Virus record (IMG/VR): IMGVR_UViG_3300045988_105464
Span: 1-39,063 of that record
Origin: a virus
DNA: 39,063 bases
Strand: one strand, 5' to 3'
Shown: positions 1 to 9,105 of the stretch, one piece after another
Layout of the letters: every line of letters starts with the position of its first letter
How positions within the stretch are numbered: the first letter of the stretch is position 1
The notes under the pieces: model-generated
What the model was told of the DNA's origin: nothing
Seen by the model: the letters and a program-made list of their open reading frames with translations, nothing else
Databases searched by the model: none
Made by a program: the position numbers and the translations under genes

Positions 1-36
1 CGCCTCCGTCCATCATGATGGCGTTGTCCCAGCCGG
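1..36. repeat. Terminal 36-bp identity with 39028..39063 (circular-assembly overlap)
   Basis: cgcctccgtccatcatgatggcgttgtcccagccgg is present at both window ends and lies inside one continuous minus-strand reading frame. Confidence 0.95.
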
Positions 37-502
37 ACGCGGCCAGCAGGTCACGAAGTTGTTCCGGCGACCGCCGGTTCTTGCTCACGTAGTAAGCGAA
101 CCGCCCGTTCTTGGTGCCGATAGCCGTTCGGGGAGCGCGGTACTTCATATCAGCCCCGCAGTGGACGGGGTTGATCTTCTTCCCGCCAATGATGAGGTGA
201 ACGCACTCCATGTAATTCCGATCCCCGTTGGGCACGGTTTTCACGCCGAAGTCCGCCGGGTCATTCCAGCTGATGGCCCACGCCCGGTAATTGGGGGCCT
301 TGTAGACTTTACCGCCTGTTTTTAGGTGGCAGGCCGGTGTCTGGTTCCGAAGAAAAATGGAGCCATTGCAGATAGCGTCCCCGCCCGCCTCCGCCAGCAT
401 CTTCTTCAGGTTGGCCGTGGTGGAGCGGAGACGCCGCTTATTGAAATAGATCTTCAAAAATTGGAGGTCGGAGAGCGGGACAGTGCCCGCTTTCGTACTC
501 AT
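1..502 (-). CDS. Endolysin, N-terminal segment (phosphodiester glycosidase / NAGPA-like domain). The ORF runs off position 1 and resumes at the window end.
   Basis: ATG at 502..500 follows cGGAGGctcacac and overlaps the holin stop (ATGA). Hand translation gives MSTKAGTVPLSDLQFLKIYFNKRR...SGWDNAIMMDGG. The codon boundary at position 16 matches the frame of ORF 38513..39043. It is absent from the ORF track because it has no in-window stop. Confidence 0.8.
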   Translation of the reverse strand, partial: MSTKAGTVPLSDLQFLKIYFNKRRLRSTTANLKKMLAEAGGDAICNGSIFLRNQTPACHLKTGGKVYKAPNYRAWAISWNDPADFGVKTVPNGDRNYMECVHLIIGGKKINPVHCGADMKYRAPRTAIGTKNGRFAYYVSKNRRSPEQLRDLLAASGWDNAIMMDGG

Positions 503-1092
503 GTGTGAGCCTCCGTATTCTGTTTCCCCTGATCGCTGGCCTGACGGATGGCATCCAGCATATTCTTCACAAAGGCCGGGTAGGGAACGCCCATAATGGC
601 CGTGTTCTCTAAAATACTCAATCCCTCATTGGCGATGAAGAACATACACACCGCGTCCCGTACAAAATCGCTGGAGGTTGCCTGATCCAGTAATGCCCCC
701 ATCCATACCAGCGCCAGCATGACGCACTTCTTCGCCAGCCCCTTGAAGCCCGCGTCGGAACTCAGCGCCCCGGTGCTGCTCTTCCCGGACTTGTGCCAGA
801 TAGCCGCAACCATCCAGCCGGTGGCGTAGTCCAGCACCATGAAGCAGATCAAAACTTTCAGCGCCATGTCCCATCCCCCCAGTGCCTGTGCAATGACGGA
901 GCCTACGGCTGCCAGCCCCGCCAGAATCAGATTTTTGATATGTACCGCGTTCATGTGTACGCTCCTTTCTTGTCTTTTTTGGAGTGGTAATTCCAACTTG
1001 CTTTCGTGCAGTAAAGCATCCCACTCGCAGATAGGGCACACCATCCGCCCCTCCGGGATGATAGCCCCACAGCAGATGCAAGTGTTATTCAT
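499..1092 (-). CDS. Holin (LL-H / toxin-secretion holin family) with an in-frame N-terminal CxxC..CxxC extension and an alternative internal start at 954
   Basis: From the internal Met the sequence reads ...VLDYATGW...GFKGLAKK...FFIANEGLSILENT..., which is typical of this holin family, and has hydrophobic segments. The internal ATG at 954 has RBS AAAGGAG. The upstream ATG at 1092 has RBS AGGAGA and overlaps the stop of the preceding gene. Confidence 0.8.
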   Translation of the reverse strand: MNNTCICCGAIIPEGRMVCPICEWDALLHESKLELPLQKRQERSVHMNAVHIKNLILAGLAAVGSVIAQALGGWDMALKVLICFMVLDYATGWMVAAIWHKSGKSSTGALSSDAGFKGLAKKCVMLALVWMGALLDQATSSDFVRDAVCMFFIANEGLSILENTAIMGVPYPAFVKNMLDAIRQASDQGKQNTEAHT

Positions 1093-1213
1093 ACGCTTCT
1101 CCTACAATTTCCGCGTAATCCTCAGCGGTCAGCACGCCTTTCTTCACGGCGTTCTTGACCATGGCCTTTGTCCACAACCTCTGCTTGTACCATTTTGCGA
1201 TTTTCTCTTTCAC
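1085..1213 (-). CDS. xkdX: XkdX-family small phage protein (42 aa, below the ORF-track cutoff)
   Basis: GTG at 1213. Hand translation: VKEKIAKWYKQRLWTKAMVKNAVKKGVLTAEDYAEIVGEAYE. The W..W....V...V.KG.LT.EDY.EI.G pattern matches XkdX-like proteins found between tail-fibre and holin genes. Its stop overlaps the holin long-form start. Confidence 0.65.
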   Translation of the reverse strand: MKEKIAKWYKQRLWTKAMVKNAVKKGVLTAEDYAEIVGEAYE

Positions 1214-1216
1214 GGA

Positions 1217-1480
1217 TTAACCCTCGCTTTCCAGCAGCGTTTCAGTCATCATGGCTGTGTATGCCACTTGGGCCTCGATGCGGTCAATCTGGGTGGGTGC
1301 AGGCTCCGGCTCACCATCATTCTCACTGGTATACTCGCCATTGTGGGCTTCCGCCTTGGCAATTTTTTCGTTGGCCTCGCTCCATCCCAGCGTGACAGCG
1401 GAGAAAACTTGCTCAATTTTCGGCTCATCCTCCGTGCCGTGGTTGGCCTCGGTGCAGAGCTGATATTTGATAACTTTCAT
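1217..1480 (-). CDS. Hypothetical protein, tail-fibre-associated by position
   Basis: 87-aa ORF with RBS AAGGAGG 7 nt upstream. Acidic. Sits between the tail fibre and the XkdX-like gene. Confidence 0.6.
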   Translation of the reverse strand: MKVIKYQLCTEANHGTEDEPKIEQVFSAVTLGWSEANEKIAKAEAHNGEYTSENDGEPEPAPTQIDRIEAQVAYTAMMTETLLESEG

Positions 1481-1492
1481 GGTCCTTCCTCC

Positions 1493-2983
1493 TTAGTCCG
1501 TGGTTTTGGTGTATTTGAGCATTACATGGCAGGTGTCTCCTGCCGCGCTTGTGCCGCACGCAAGTGTGATTTTTGTACGATCAACATCAGCAACGTAGTA
1601 GCTCCATGGGTCCGACAAATTATTGTTAGAAATGCTGGGCATTGGCATACTGCCACGCAATCCTTGGAAAGATATGCAATCCCGCATATTCACAATTCCG
1701 TGCTCCACTTGTTTATTGTTCGCAATCTGTCCACAATCAACGATTTTATAATATACCGGCTTTCCGAGATACCGCTCCGTGGTTCGGTACTCAACACCAA
1801 GCTCCATCGGAGGGTTAGTATGCTCCCAATCGCCCCATACATTCAGACGCTTTTCGCGCGCTCCATATACCTCTCCACTCACATAAGCCGCAAGTTGTAA
1901 AGCCGTTGCTGAATCATAGTTTAAGTGAATAATATAGTGCCACCCGCCATAAAGCACATTCCTAACTGCACGATAGAATCCCGTAGCGGTAATCAGATTT
2001 GCGTCTGCAAAGCCTTCGCTGTTTTCGGGGGCATCTACAAGCACACCTCCCAGCCCAAACCCGCCGGGGGCTGCGTCGATATTTCCCCTCGCCTGGGTTT
2101 TCTGCGCGTCCGTCAGGCTCTGCGGCGCGTCGTAGCGGACTGCGCCGGCTACCGCAGCCCGGAGGTCGGGGTGTGCGTCAACGCTCTGGTTATGTGCCGT
2201 TACATAGCCTTGTGCCTCCACCTTGGTAGCAAAGTCACCGCCGGCCGCTGTCTGCGCCTGCTGCGCCCAGTATTTAGCGTTATCCGTGTCCTCACCGGGA
2301 CGGGTTCCGGTGCCGCCCACTGCCCAGCTTTCCGCCGTCTTGTTGATGCCTGCCACACTGGCCGCACTCTGCGCCGCCGCTGCCGCTGCTGCGCTGGCCT
2401 GAGATGCGGAGCCGGATGCCGCCGCTGCCGACTGGCTGGCGGAGCTTGCCGCACTGGATGCCGTATTCGCCGCGCTTTGGGCTGCCTGTTCGCTCCCCGC
2501 CGCTTGAGACGCGCTGCCTGCCGCTGCATTGGCCTGTGCGGTCGCGCGGGCTACGATACCGGCGGTCTCGTCGGCTCTGGCCGTCTCCGCCGCCTTTCTC
2601 GCGTTTTCGGCGGACACGCGGGAGGATTCAGCCTCAGACCGGGCTTGCTCAGCGGATACCCGCCCAGATTCAGCGGATACCCGGCCCTCTTCGGCGGTCA
2701 CGCGCCCCTGCTCTGCCGCGACGCGCGCTGCTTCCGCCTGCTTGCGGCTTTCCTCCGTGGCGTCATCCGTCAGAACCGCCGGAATCAGGGTCTCGTTGAT
2801 GTACTTCTTGATGATGTTGCCGGATTCATCGAACTTGGCTTTCAGCTCCGCACTGGTCAGACCGCCCACGTCATTCGGCTCATCATCCAATTTCTGAATG
2901 ATGTTCAGATCGCCGTCCAGCAGTTGGATTTCCAGATTGGAGTTGGCTACCACGTTCAGGTCCGCTGTCAATCGCTTCTCCAT
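1493..2983 (-). CDS. Tail fibre / receptor-binding protein
   Basis: 496 aa. Has a central Ala/Ser/Glu-rich repeated segment (RVSAESGRVSAEQARSEAESSRVSAENARKAAE, then a poly-A/S tract) and a beta-rich C-terminal half. Lies directly after the portal and before the lysis genes. Confidence 0.65.
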   Translation of the reverse strand: MEKRLTADLNVVANSNLEIQLLDGDLNIIQKLDDEPNDVGGLTSAELKAKFDESGNIIKKYINETLIPAVLTDDATEESRKQAEAARVAAEQGRVTAEEGRVSAESGRVSAEQARSEAESSRVSAENARKAAETARADETAGIVARATAQANAAAGSASQAAGSEQAAQSAANTASSAASSASQSAAAASGSASQASAAAAAAAQSAASVAGINKTAESWAVGGTGTRPGEDTDNAKYWAQQAQTAAGGDFATKVEAQGYVTAHNQSVDAHPDLRAAVAGAVRYDAPQSLTDAQKTQARGNIDAAPGGFGLGGVLVDAPENSEGFADANLITATGFYRAVRNVLYGGWHYIIHLNYDSATALQLAAYVSGEVYGAREKRLNVWGDWEHTNPPMELGVEYRTTERYLGKPVYYKIVDCGQIANNKQVEHGIVNMRDCISFQGLRGSMPMPSISNNNLSDPWSYYVADVDRTKITLACGTSAAGDTCHVMLKYTKTTD

Positions 2984-4657
2984 TTAAGCACCTACCTCCG
3001 TTTTCGGCACTTCGCCGGTCTCGTTGATTTTCCGCTGCAACTGGCCGTATCCGGCCCCGCCCCGAATGGGGACAGTTTCCTCCTCGGTAACAGGCTGTTC
3101 GCCCTCTGCTCCCGGCTGCCCCCCAATCATGGCACGTTCCTGCTGCTGGAGGGCTTGGATCAGCGCCTCCTTGTCGGTGATCTGTCCGGCAGGCAGACGT
3201 TTCAGGTATTCCACCGTGGAAATCTTGCCCTGCATCAGCAGGTTATCAAGGGTCTGCATAGCGGCAATCTCGCTCCAGTAGGAAGCCGCGCCCGCGTCCA
3301 GTCCAATGGTGAAGGGGATCTCCTTCAGGATGGAGAAATCAAATGGAACCACCAATTTACTGGTGTCATAGGGGTTGGAGATCTCCACATACCGTTCTCC
3401 GTAGTATTCGCCCATGAACTCCATGTAGATGCGGCCCAGATCCTCAATGCTCTGCAAGAGGTTCTGCTTCGTCAGCTCCATGGGCGTTGCCGCCGCCCGC
3501 TGCAAGGCGATAATGGCGGAAGTGTTGTCCGGCCTGGTATCGCCCAGCGCCACGTCCGACGCGCCGAGGAACTTCTGCGTGTAGCTGATGGCAATGTCGA
3601 TAAACTGGCTGATCTGGGGGGAGATGCTGGCGGGGTCAATGATCTTCGCCACGCCTTCCACACTGCCGTTTACCGGAATAGCCCCGCCGATCTTGTTCGT
3701 CCACTTGGCTACCTTGGTGGAATCGTATACCACCTTCGGATAGGCCAGCGTCATCAGCGAGATCATGGACATGGCGAACAGCTTATTGACAAAGATCTGG
3801 TTGGGCAGCAGGCCGGTAATCATGGCCTGTCCGTGATAGCAGTCCTGCACATAGTCCCAGTTCATCCACGTCAGGGGGTACAGCTTAATGCCGAGATCCA
3901 GATCGCCCCGAATCTCCGCCTGCCGGGTACACTCATAGGCGTGGACGGTGCCAGTCTCGTCATCTTTCCACAGCCGGAGCAGCACCGTCACCTTGTTGCC
4001 GCTGCCGCTCATGGAATCCATGTAGTTGTTGCCGCAGTCCTTGTTGTCCGGCTGGATCTCGTCCGGGTCCTTGCCGTACCGCTTGGCCCGCTTCCGGGCC
4101 TCACTCAGCAGCATCCGCCGTTCCAGAATGATGTAGGGCTGGCTCTGCACGTCCCGGTTGTTGGGATTGCCGAACAAAACCTGCGTGTTCATCAGAACTT
4201 CCGTGCGGATGGCGCCCTTGCTGGCCTGCCCGGTCTCCGCCGTATCGTCCCAGTAGGTATACATACAGCCGTCACCATCCACGGCGGCATTGCGGGTATA
4301 CTCCCGGATGCGCCCGCCGATGCTGTTGTGCTCAAAGATGGACGCGAACTGATCGTTGAGAATGTCAGCCACCCGCTCCAGGGTCTGCGTGTTCCGCTCC
4401 CCGCTGGAGGACATGGCCCGCGCCCACAGCTTTAGATTGTCCGTGGAGATATTCGCCACGGAGAACAGCACCACTCGCTTCAAGAAGTTGAATACGGGGG
4501 TGGGGAGGCCGTTGCTCTGCACGCCCTCCCACTGCTTGCCTATGAAGAAATTTTCGTTGGTCTCCACGCAGTCATAGAGGTCAATACCGCTGTTGAAGCT
4601 GATGCCTGCGTTGTATTCCTTTCCGACCCGTTCTGGGGTCATCGTCTGTTTGCTCAT
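2984..4657 (-). CDS. Portal protein (probable)
   Basis: 557 aa. Has an N-terminal NENFFIGKQWEG motif of the type seen in portal/connector proteins and a Gly/Glu-rich disordered C-terminus. RBS AAAGGGG. Confidence 0.65.
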   Translation of the reverse strand: MSKQTMTPERVGKEYNAGISFNSGIDLYDCVETNENFFIGKQWEGVQSNGLPTPVFNFLKRVVLFSVANISTDNLKLWARAMSSSGERNTQTLERVADILNDQFASIFEHNSIGGRIREYTRNAAVDGDGCMYTYWDDTAETGQASKGAIRTEVLMNTQVLFGNPNNRDVQSQPYIILERRMLLSEARKRAKRYGKDPDEIQPDNKDCGNNYMDSMSGSGNKVTVLLRLWKDDETGTVHAYECTRQAEIRGDLDLGIKLYPLTWMNWDYVQDCYHGQAMITGLLPNQIFVNKLFAMSMISLMTLAYPKVVYDSTKVAKWTNKIGGAIPVNGSVEGVAKIIDPASISPQISQFIDIAISYTQKFLGASDVALGDTRPDNTSAIIALQRAAATPMELTKQNLLQSIEDLGRIYMEFMGEYYGERYVEISNPYDTSKLVVPFDFSILKEIPFTIGLDAGAASYWSEIAAMQTLDNLLMQGKISTVEYLKRLPAGQITDKEALIQALQQQERAMIGGQPGAEGEQPVTEEETVPIRGGAGYGQLQRKINETGEVPKTEVGA

Positions 4658-4669
4658 GGGTTCACCCCT

Positions 4670-6517
4670 TTATTTCACATTTCCGGTATAGCGGAGCTGC
4701 ACATCCGTCTCCAGAACCGTTGCGGTAGACGATGCCGATTTGCTCTTGAATACCAGCTTGTAGAAGGTGGCCTTCTTCACCTTCATCTTCACCCGCCGTA
4801 CCTGCGGCTTTCGGTTGGTTCCAAAAGACCAGTGGGCGAAGTCCGCATGGGTAAAGGTGGTCAGGCCGGAGGACACGATTTTCTCCGGGTAGTCGCTGCG
4901 GCGGTTGGTCTCCACCGTCACATGCACCCGCGCGTTGCTCTCCGGCTGGATCGCCACGAAGATCAGCGGGCTGTATTTCAGCACCCAGTCCCGGTTAAAG
5001 TCCATGGAGCCGGTAGCAGCGTAGGCGTCAATGTCCTTGCCGTCGTCGTTCCGGTACTGCCGGGAAATATGCACCACGCCGCCGTCAGGCCGGAAGCCGT
5101 AGGTCTCCAGCCCTATCTCCACCATGGCCCGGAAGCTCAATCCGGTGTAGAGATACCATGCGTCCGCGCCGTAGTTCAGGATCAGCGCCTTGTCTCCGTA
5201 CATCCACCAATATTCCTGCGCCGATTTCCGGTTGAAGGTCCGGGTCTCTGCCATATCAAAGCCTTGCAGCGTCACCTCTACCCGGTTGCTGATCCGTTCC
5301 GCGTTCCGCTCGTCAAAGGTGATATTCCCGCTGGTGGACACGCTCCGCCACCGGTACACCGCCTGATCGTCCAGCGTCAGGGGGTTGTTCTCCAGAATGT
5401 CCACCTGTCCCGGAGCCTTATTGCCGAACTGCCGGTTGACGGGGGTCACGTAAAACGCCGCCGTGGTGACGTCCGTAGCCGTTACCAGCGTGGAATAGCT
5501 CATGGAGTAGGTGGCGTCCTGCTTGAATACCACCAGCCGTGCGTAATGACGCACCATGCCGGTGATGGGCGTATTGGCCTCGCCAACCTCCGCCTCGTAC
5601 AGATCCGGGAAGTATTCCGCCGAAGGCTTACCTGTGGCGGAATCAATACCGGAGTAGATGGTCTTGTTGGTGCCGTCTCCGTAGAGAAACACGCGGCTGT
5701 CCGTCTGGCCGTTGTAAAGCTCTGAGAAGCGCATCCCCGTTACCTGTGCCCGTTCTCCGTTGCCGCTGCGGTAGATCAGTTCCAGTGTGTTGGTTCCAGC
5801 AGCGGGGGCAGGAGTAATGGTAAAGGTCCGCGCCGTCAGGTCGGGGGTGTAGGTCTGCGCCGTGTCCCCGATCTTCACGGAGATGATCTCATCCACCGTC
5901 TTTTCCGGGATGTGGAAAACCGTCTCCTTGCCGTCGGGGGAATACAGCACCTTCCGCTTGCCCGTCAGCCGGTTCACGTTTTCCAGCAGAAACCCACCGC
6001 CCGCAGGCGTGGTGGCGTTCATCACCGTGGGAATATACCCTTCTACCGCCGCAAAGCTGCTGTTCTCCTTGCCGTCCCAGCTCATGTACTCATGGCCGTT
6101 CAGCAGGTAAACCTTGTTGGAAAATCCGAAGAACGAGGTCTGGTCCTGTGTACACTGGCCCACAACCTTGGTTGTTGCCGCCGCCGGGTCCAGAGAGAAG
6201 ATCAGACCGCCGAAAGCGGCGAGGGTCCGCTGTTTGCTGTCTACCACGCCCTCCCACGCACCGGAGAAAACCGGGTTTGCTGTGGGGGCCGTGTGGCCGC
6301 TCTCCGCGCACCATGCGTCCCATGCCGTTTTTAGGTTCAGAACCGTCTTTGTGCCGGGGCGGATCTGTAAATGTTTCTCCCGCGTCACACGGAAGTTCCG
6401 CATCTTGCTCATTTCGCCGTTCTTGATCTTGGTATCCCCGTCCGGGTTCTCGTTCAGGCCCAAAAACTGGCGGATCTTCAACACCTGAATATCGTTGCTG
6501 GATGTGATTTGAGCCAT
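4670..6517 (-). CDS. Virion structural protein, beta-rich (probable tail/nozzle component)
   Basis: 615-aa ORF with RBS AAAGGAGG. Aromatic/beta-strand-rich composition. Located between terL and the portal. No catalytic motif recognised. Confidence 0.5.
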   Translation of the reverse strand: MAQITSSNDIQVLKIRQFLGLNENPDGDTKIKNGEMSKMRNFRVTREKHLQIRPGTKTVLNLKTAWDAWCAESGHTAPTANPVFSGAWEGVVDSKQRTLAAFGGLIFSLDPAAATTKVVGQCTQDQTSFFGFSNKVYLLNGHEYMSWDGKENSSFAAVEGYIPTVMNATTPAGGGFLLENVNRLTGKRKVLYSPDGKETVFHIPEKTVDEIISVKIGDTAQTYTPDLTARTFTITPAPAAGTNTLELIYRSGNGERAQVTGMRFSELYNGQTDSRVFLYGDGTNKTIYSGIDSATGKPSAEYFPDLYEAEVGEANTPITGMVRHYARLVVFKQDATYSMSYSTLVTATDVTTAAFYVTPVNRQFGNKAPGQVDILENNPLTLDDQAVYRWRSVSTSGNITFDERNAERISNRVEVTLQGFDMAETRTFNRKSAQEYWWMYGDKALILNYGADAWYLYTGLSFRAMVEIGLETYGFRPDGGVVHISRQYRNDDGKDIDAYAATGSMDFNRDWVLKYSPLIFVAIQPESNARVHVTVETNRRSDYPEKIVSSGLTTFTHADFAHWSFGTNRKPQVRRVKMKVKKATFYKLVFKSKSASSTATVLETDVQLRYTGNVK

Positions 6518-6531
6518 CGTCCGGGCCTCCT

Positions 6532-7917
6532 TTATCCGTAGGATAGATAATCAGCGGTCATCTCCCCGCCCGTCATCACGTCATCGTAGTCCTCGCCCTC
6601 GTCAAAATCGTCCACGATCTTCTCCGCGGTTTTCTGGGCACCCAACACGCGGGTGACACAGAAATACCGGGCAGCGTCGCAGATGTGGGTGATCTCATGG
6701 GGCTCCGTGGCGCAGTCCGAGGGGGTTTTCTCGTCATGCTGGATGGAGGGCAGGTTGCGGATCAGGCCCACGCAGTTTTCCGTCACCAGAAGTCCGGGCC
6801 GGTCCGTGTCGCTCTTCATGGGCTTCAGTAGCTCCTTGACGGCCATCCATCCCTGAACGCGGTTGTTGCTGGCCTTCAGCAGCCCCAACCCGTACTGCGC
6901 GAAGATCTCCGCCATGCTCCGCCCGCTGTCCTTCTGCCGGTTCCACATATCCGGCGGGGCAATGGTGAACTCAATGTGTTCTTCCGGTGGGGTCAGGGCA
7001 TTTGCCAGCTTTGCCGCCTCGCTGACGATCAAGCCGCTTTGCTGTACCTCCCGGTACACATAGGCCCGCCCCTCAAAGTCCACCGCCACCCAAAGGCAGG
7101 CGAACATATCAAGGCCGTAGTCGAACGCCCGGTATTTCTTCCACTCACGAGGCACCCGAACAAAGGGTGCGATCACATGGGTCTCCCGCCGAAACTCCGG
7201 GAAGAACGTGCCTGCCATGGCGTTCCAGTCACCGTAACGCCACGCTCGTCGTACATCCTCCGGCAGCAGGTCCAGCATTTGCTTGTACTCCGGGGACGCC
7301 TCCAAAAGCTGGGGGTTATCGTCCACCGTGGCGGGGATGAAGGTGTAATCCTTGGCCTTTTCCCCCTCTCGGTATTCCCGATCCACGAACAGCCGCTTTA
7401 CCCACAAGTGCCCGATACCACCGGGGTTGCAGGTCAGGTACATCCGCCGGGGGAACTTGGTCGCGCCACGCAAACACGCGCCCAGTGTGCGGAACTGGGA
7501 TTCCGAGAACTGAGTGGCCTCCTCCATGAAGATCCAGTCAAACTCAAGGCCCTGATATTCCTGATCGTCTCCCGCGCCGTAGTGGCCGAACTTGATGATG
7601 CTGCCGTTGCAGAAGAACATCATGCGCATACTGCCGTTGTAACTGCCCACCTCCGGCGGGATCAGCTTTTGCATGGGCAGGATGATGTTCTGTTCCAATT
7701 CCGGGTACTCCCGGCGCACGATCAGGATCTTGATGCCGGGGTAAGTGAGCGCGCCGCCTGCCGCCTTCCGCAGCAGAACGTGTGTCTTTCCGCCGCCTCT
7801 GGCGCCGCCGTAAGCCGTGTACCGGCTCCGGGACTGGCAGAACTTCTTTTGCTTGGGGTTCAGCGTCCCCAAATCTACCTGCACCGTTCCGCCTGCTGTC
7901 TGTTTATATCGAGGCAT
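6532..7917 (-). CDS. terL: Terminase large subunit
   Basis: Walker A motif GGARGGGKTH and Walker B-like DWIFMEEA. The C-terminal part has acidic nuclease-type residues. 461 aa. RBS AAGGAG. Confidence 0.9.
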   Translation of the reverse strand: MPRYKQTAGGTVQVDLGTLNPKQKKFCQSRSRYTAYGGARGGGKTHVLLRKAAGGALTYPGIKILIVRREYPELEQNIILPMQKLIPPEVGSYNGSMRMMFFCNGSIIKFGHYGAGDDQEYQGLEFDWIFMEEATQFSESQFRTLGACLRGATKFPRRMYLTCNPGGIGHLWVKRLFVDREYREGEKAKDYTFIPATVDDNPQLLEASPEYKQMLDLLPEDVRRAWRYGDWNAMAGTFFPEFRRETHVIAPFVRVPREWKKYRAFDYGLDMFACLWVAVDFEGRAYVYREVQQSGLIVSEAAKLANALTPPEEHIEFTIAPPDMWNRQKDSGRSMAEIFAQYGLGLLKASNNRVQGWMAVKELLKPMKSDTDRPGLLVTENCVGLIRNLPSIQHDEKTPSDCATEPHEITHICDAARYFCVTRVLGAQKTAEKIVDDFDEGEDYDDVMTGGEMTADYLSYG

Positions 7918-8007
7918 AATCGCTCCTTATATCTGGCGGACGGGCCGGGTTCATGCACCCGCTCCGTCCATATATGGGGGAAGGGGCCGCAGCCCCCTCC
8001 CATGAGA

Positions 8008-9060
8008 TCACTCGTAATCCTTGGTGCCCTCGATGCCCACGCAGCCGTCCTTGGTGCCAACAGCCCGCATGGTCTGACCAGCGGTCAGAGTCACAGCGGC
8101 GGTGTAGATCTTGGCGGTGGTGGAATACCGGGGGTTGGTACCGTCGGTGGTGTACTTGAACACCACACCGGACACGGCGGTAATGCTGACGGCATGGCCG
8201 GTGATAGACATCGTGGGAGCCGCCAGAATGGCAGCATTGCCGCAAACGGCAACACCGTCGCCCTTGGCGCCCAGCACGAAGCTGTCATAGTAGGTCACGC
8301 CCTGCACCACGGGGCCGGAATAGCCCTTCACCTTGGGCAGAATGTCATACTGCGCCAGCTTCACGGGGTCCACGGTGCTGCCCTTCCACTTGATGAAGAA
8401 GTACACACCGGTGGGCATATAGCGGTCGGGGATGTTCTTCACCCGGCAGCCGTCGAACTGGCCCACCACGCCTCTGGTCAGGGTCTCCTTGGCAAGACTT
8501 TCGGTGCCCAGCCAGGCGGGATCCTGCTTCAGCAGCTTGTAATAGCTGGTGGCAATGTACAGGGTGCGGTTCTCCATGGGCACCAGGGCGTTGGTCATAT
8601 CGGCGTTCAGGTCGATAATCAGGCCGCCGATGGTACTCTTGGTGGGGGCGGTTGTCTCCTGACGCTGGATATTAGCGCCCATCACCCACTTCTTGATGCG
8701 GTGGCGATCCATGTTGGGGGTGGTCCGCTGCTCCAGCTGACGCCGCAGGGCGCGGGAAGCGGATTTCTCAATGGCCTGATCCGTCTGATCCACCGCGTCG
8801 ATGGTGAAGGAGAAGGCGGGCTTCTGCTCGCAGGTCATCTCCTGCTGGGTGTCGCCCAGGTCATAGGTAGTGCCGAATCGGTTGTCGCCGGTGTTGGTGT
8901 ACTCGGTCTCCGGCACAGTGTCCACGCTGCCAACGACAATAGTCTTGCTGTTGGGGCCGGTCCAGGTGTATGCCTTACCGGCATCGTCGTCGGTGATAGA
9001 AGGCTTAGAGAAAGCCTCCGCGATCTTGGTTGCGTATTTAACAGCGTAATTGATAGCCAT
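8008..9060 (-). CDS. Major capsid protein with a C-terminal Ig-like (chitobiase/Fn3-associated type) domain
   Basis: 350 aa, immediately downstream of the scaffold-like gene. The C-terminal sequence VVFKYTTDGTNPRYSTTAKIYTAAVTLTAGQTMRAVGTKDG resembles the CHB_HEX_C-type domain. Confidence 0.8.
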   Translation of the reverse strand: MAINYAVKYATKIAEAFSKPSITDDDAGKAYTWTGPNSKTIVVGSVDTVPETEYTNTGDNRFGTTYDLGDTQQEMTCEQKPAFSFTIDAVDQTDQAIEKSASRALRRQLEQRTTPNMDRHRIKKWVMGANIQRQETTAPTKSTIGGLIIDLNADMTNALVPMENRTLYIATSYYKLLKQDPAWLGTESLAKETLTRGVVGQFDGCRVKNIPDRYMPTGVYFFIKWKGSTVDPVKLAQYDILPKVKGYSGPVVQGVTYYDSFVLGAKGDGVAVCGNAAILAAPTMSITGHAVSITAVSGVVFKYTTDGTNPRYSTTAKIYTAAVTLTAGQTMRAVGTKDGCVGIEGTKDYE

Positions 9061-9105
9061 GGTTCAAAACCTCTCTTTCGTCGGTCTCCCCGGCGATGCA
9101 AAGGC

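Noticed and set aside
1-36. Biological direct terminal repeat or cos site at the window ends
   Set aside because: The repeat lies in the middle of a continuous endolysin reading frame and is only 36 bp, which is typical of a circular-contig assembly overlap. The true termini cannot be read from the sequence alone.
1925-4435. An 836-aa plus-strand ORF, with similar long ORFs at 6976..10080, 31312..34011 and 34849..36534
   Set aside because: These are shadow ORFs on the strand opposite clearly recognisable genes (portal, terL, capsid, giant protein). They are Arg/Gly/Pro/Leu-rich, have no RBS, and are expected in high-GC DNA where stop codons are rare.
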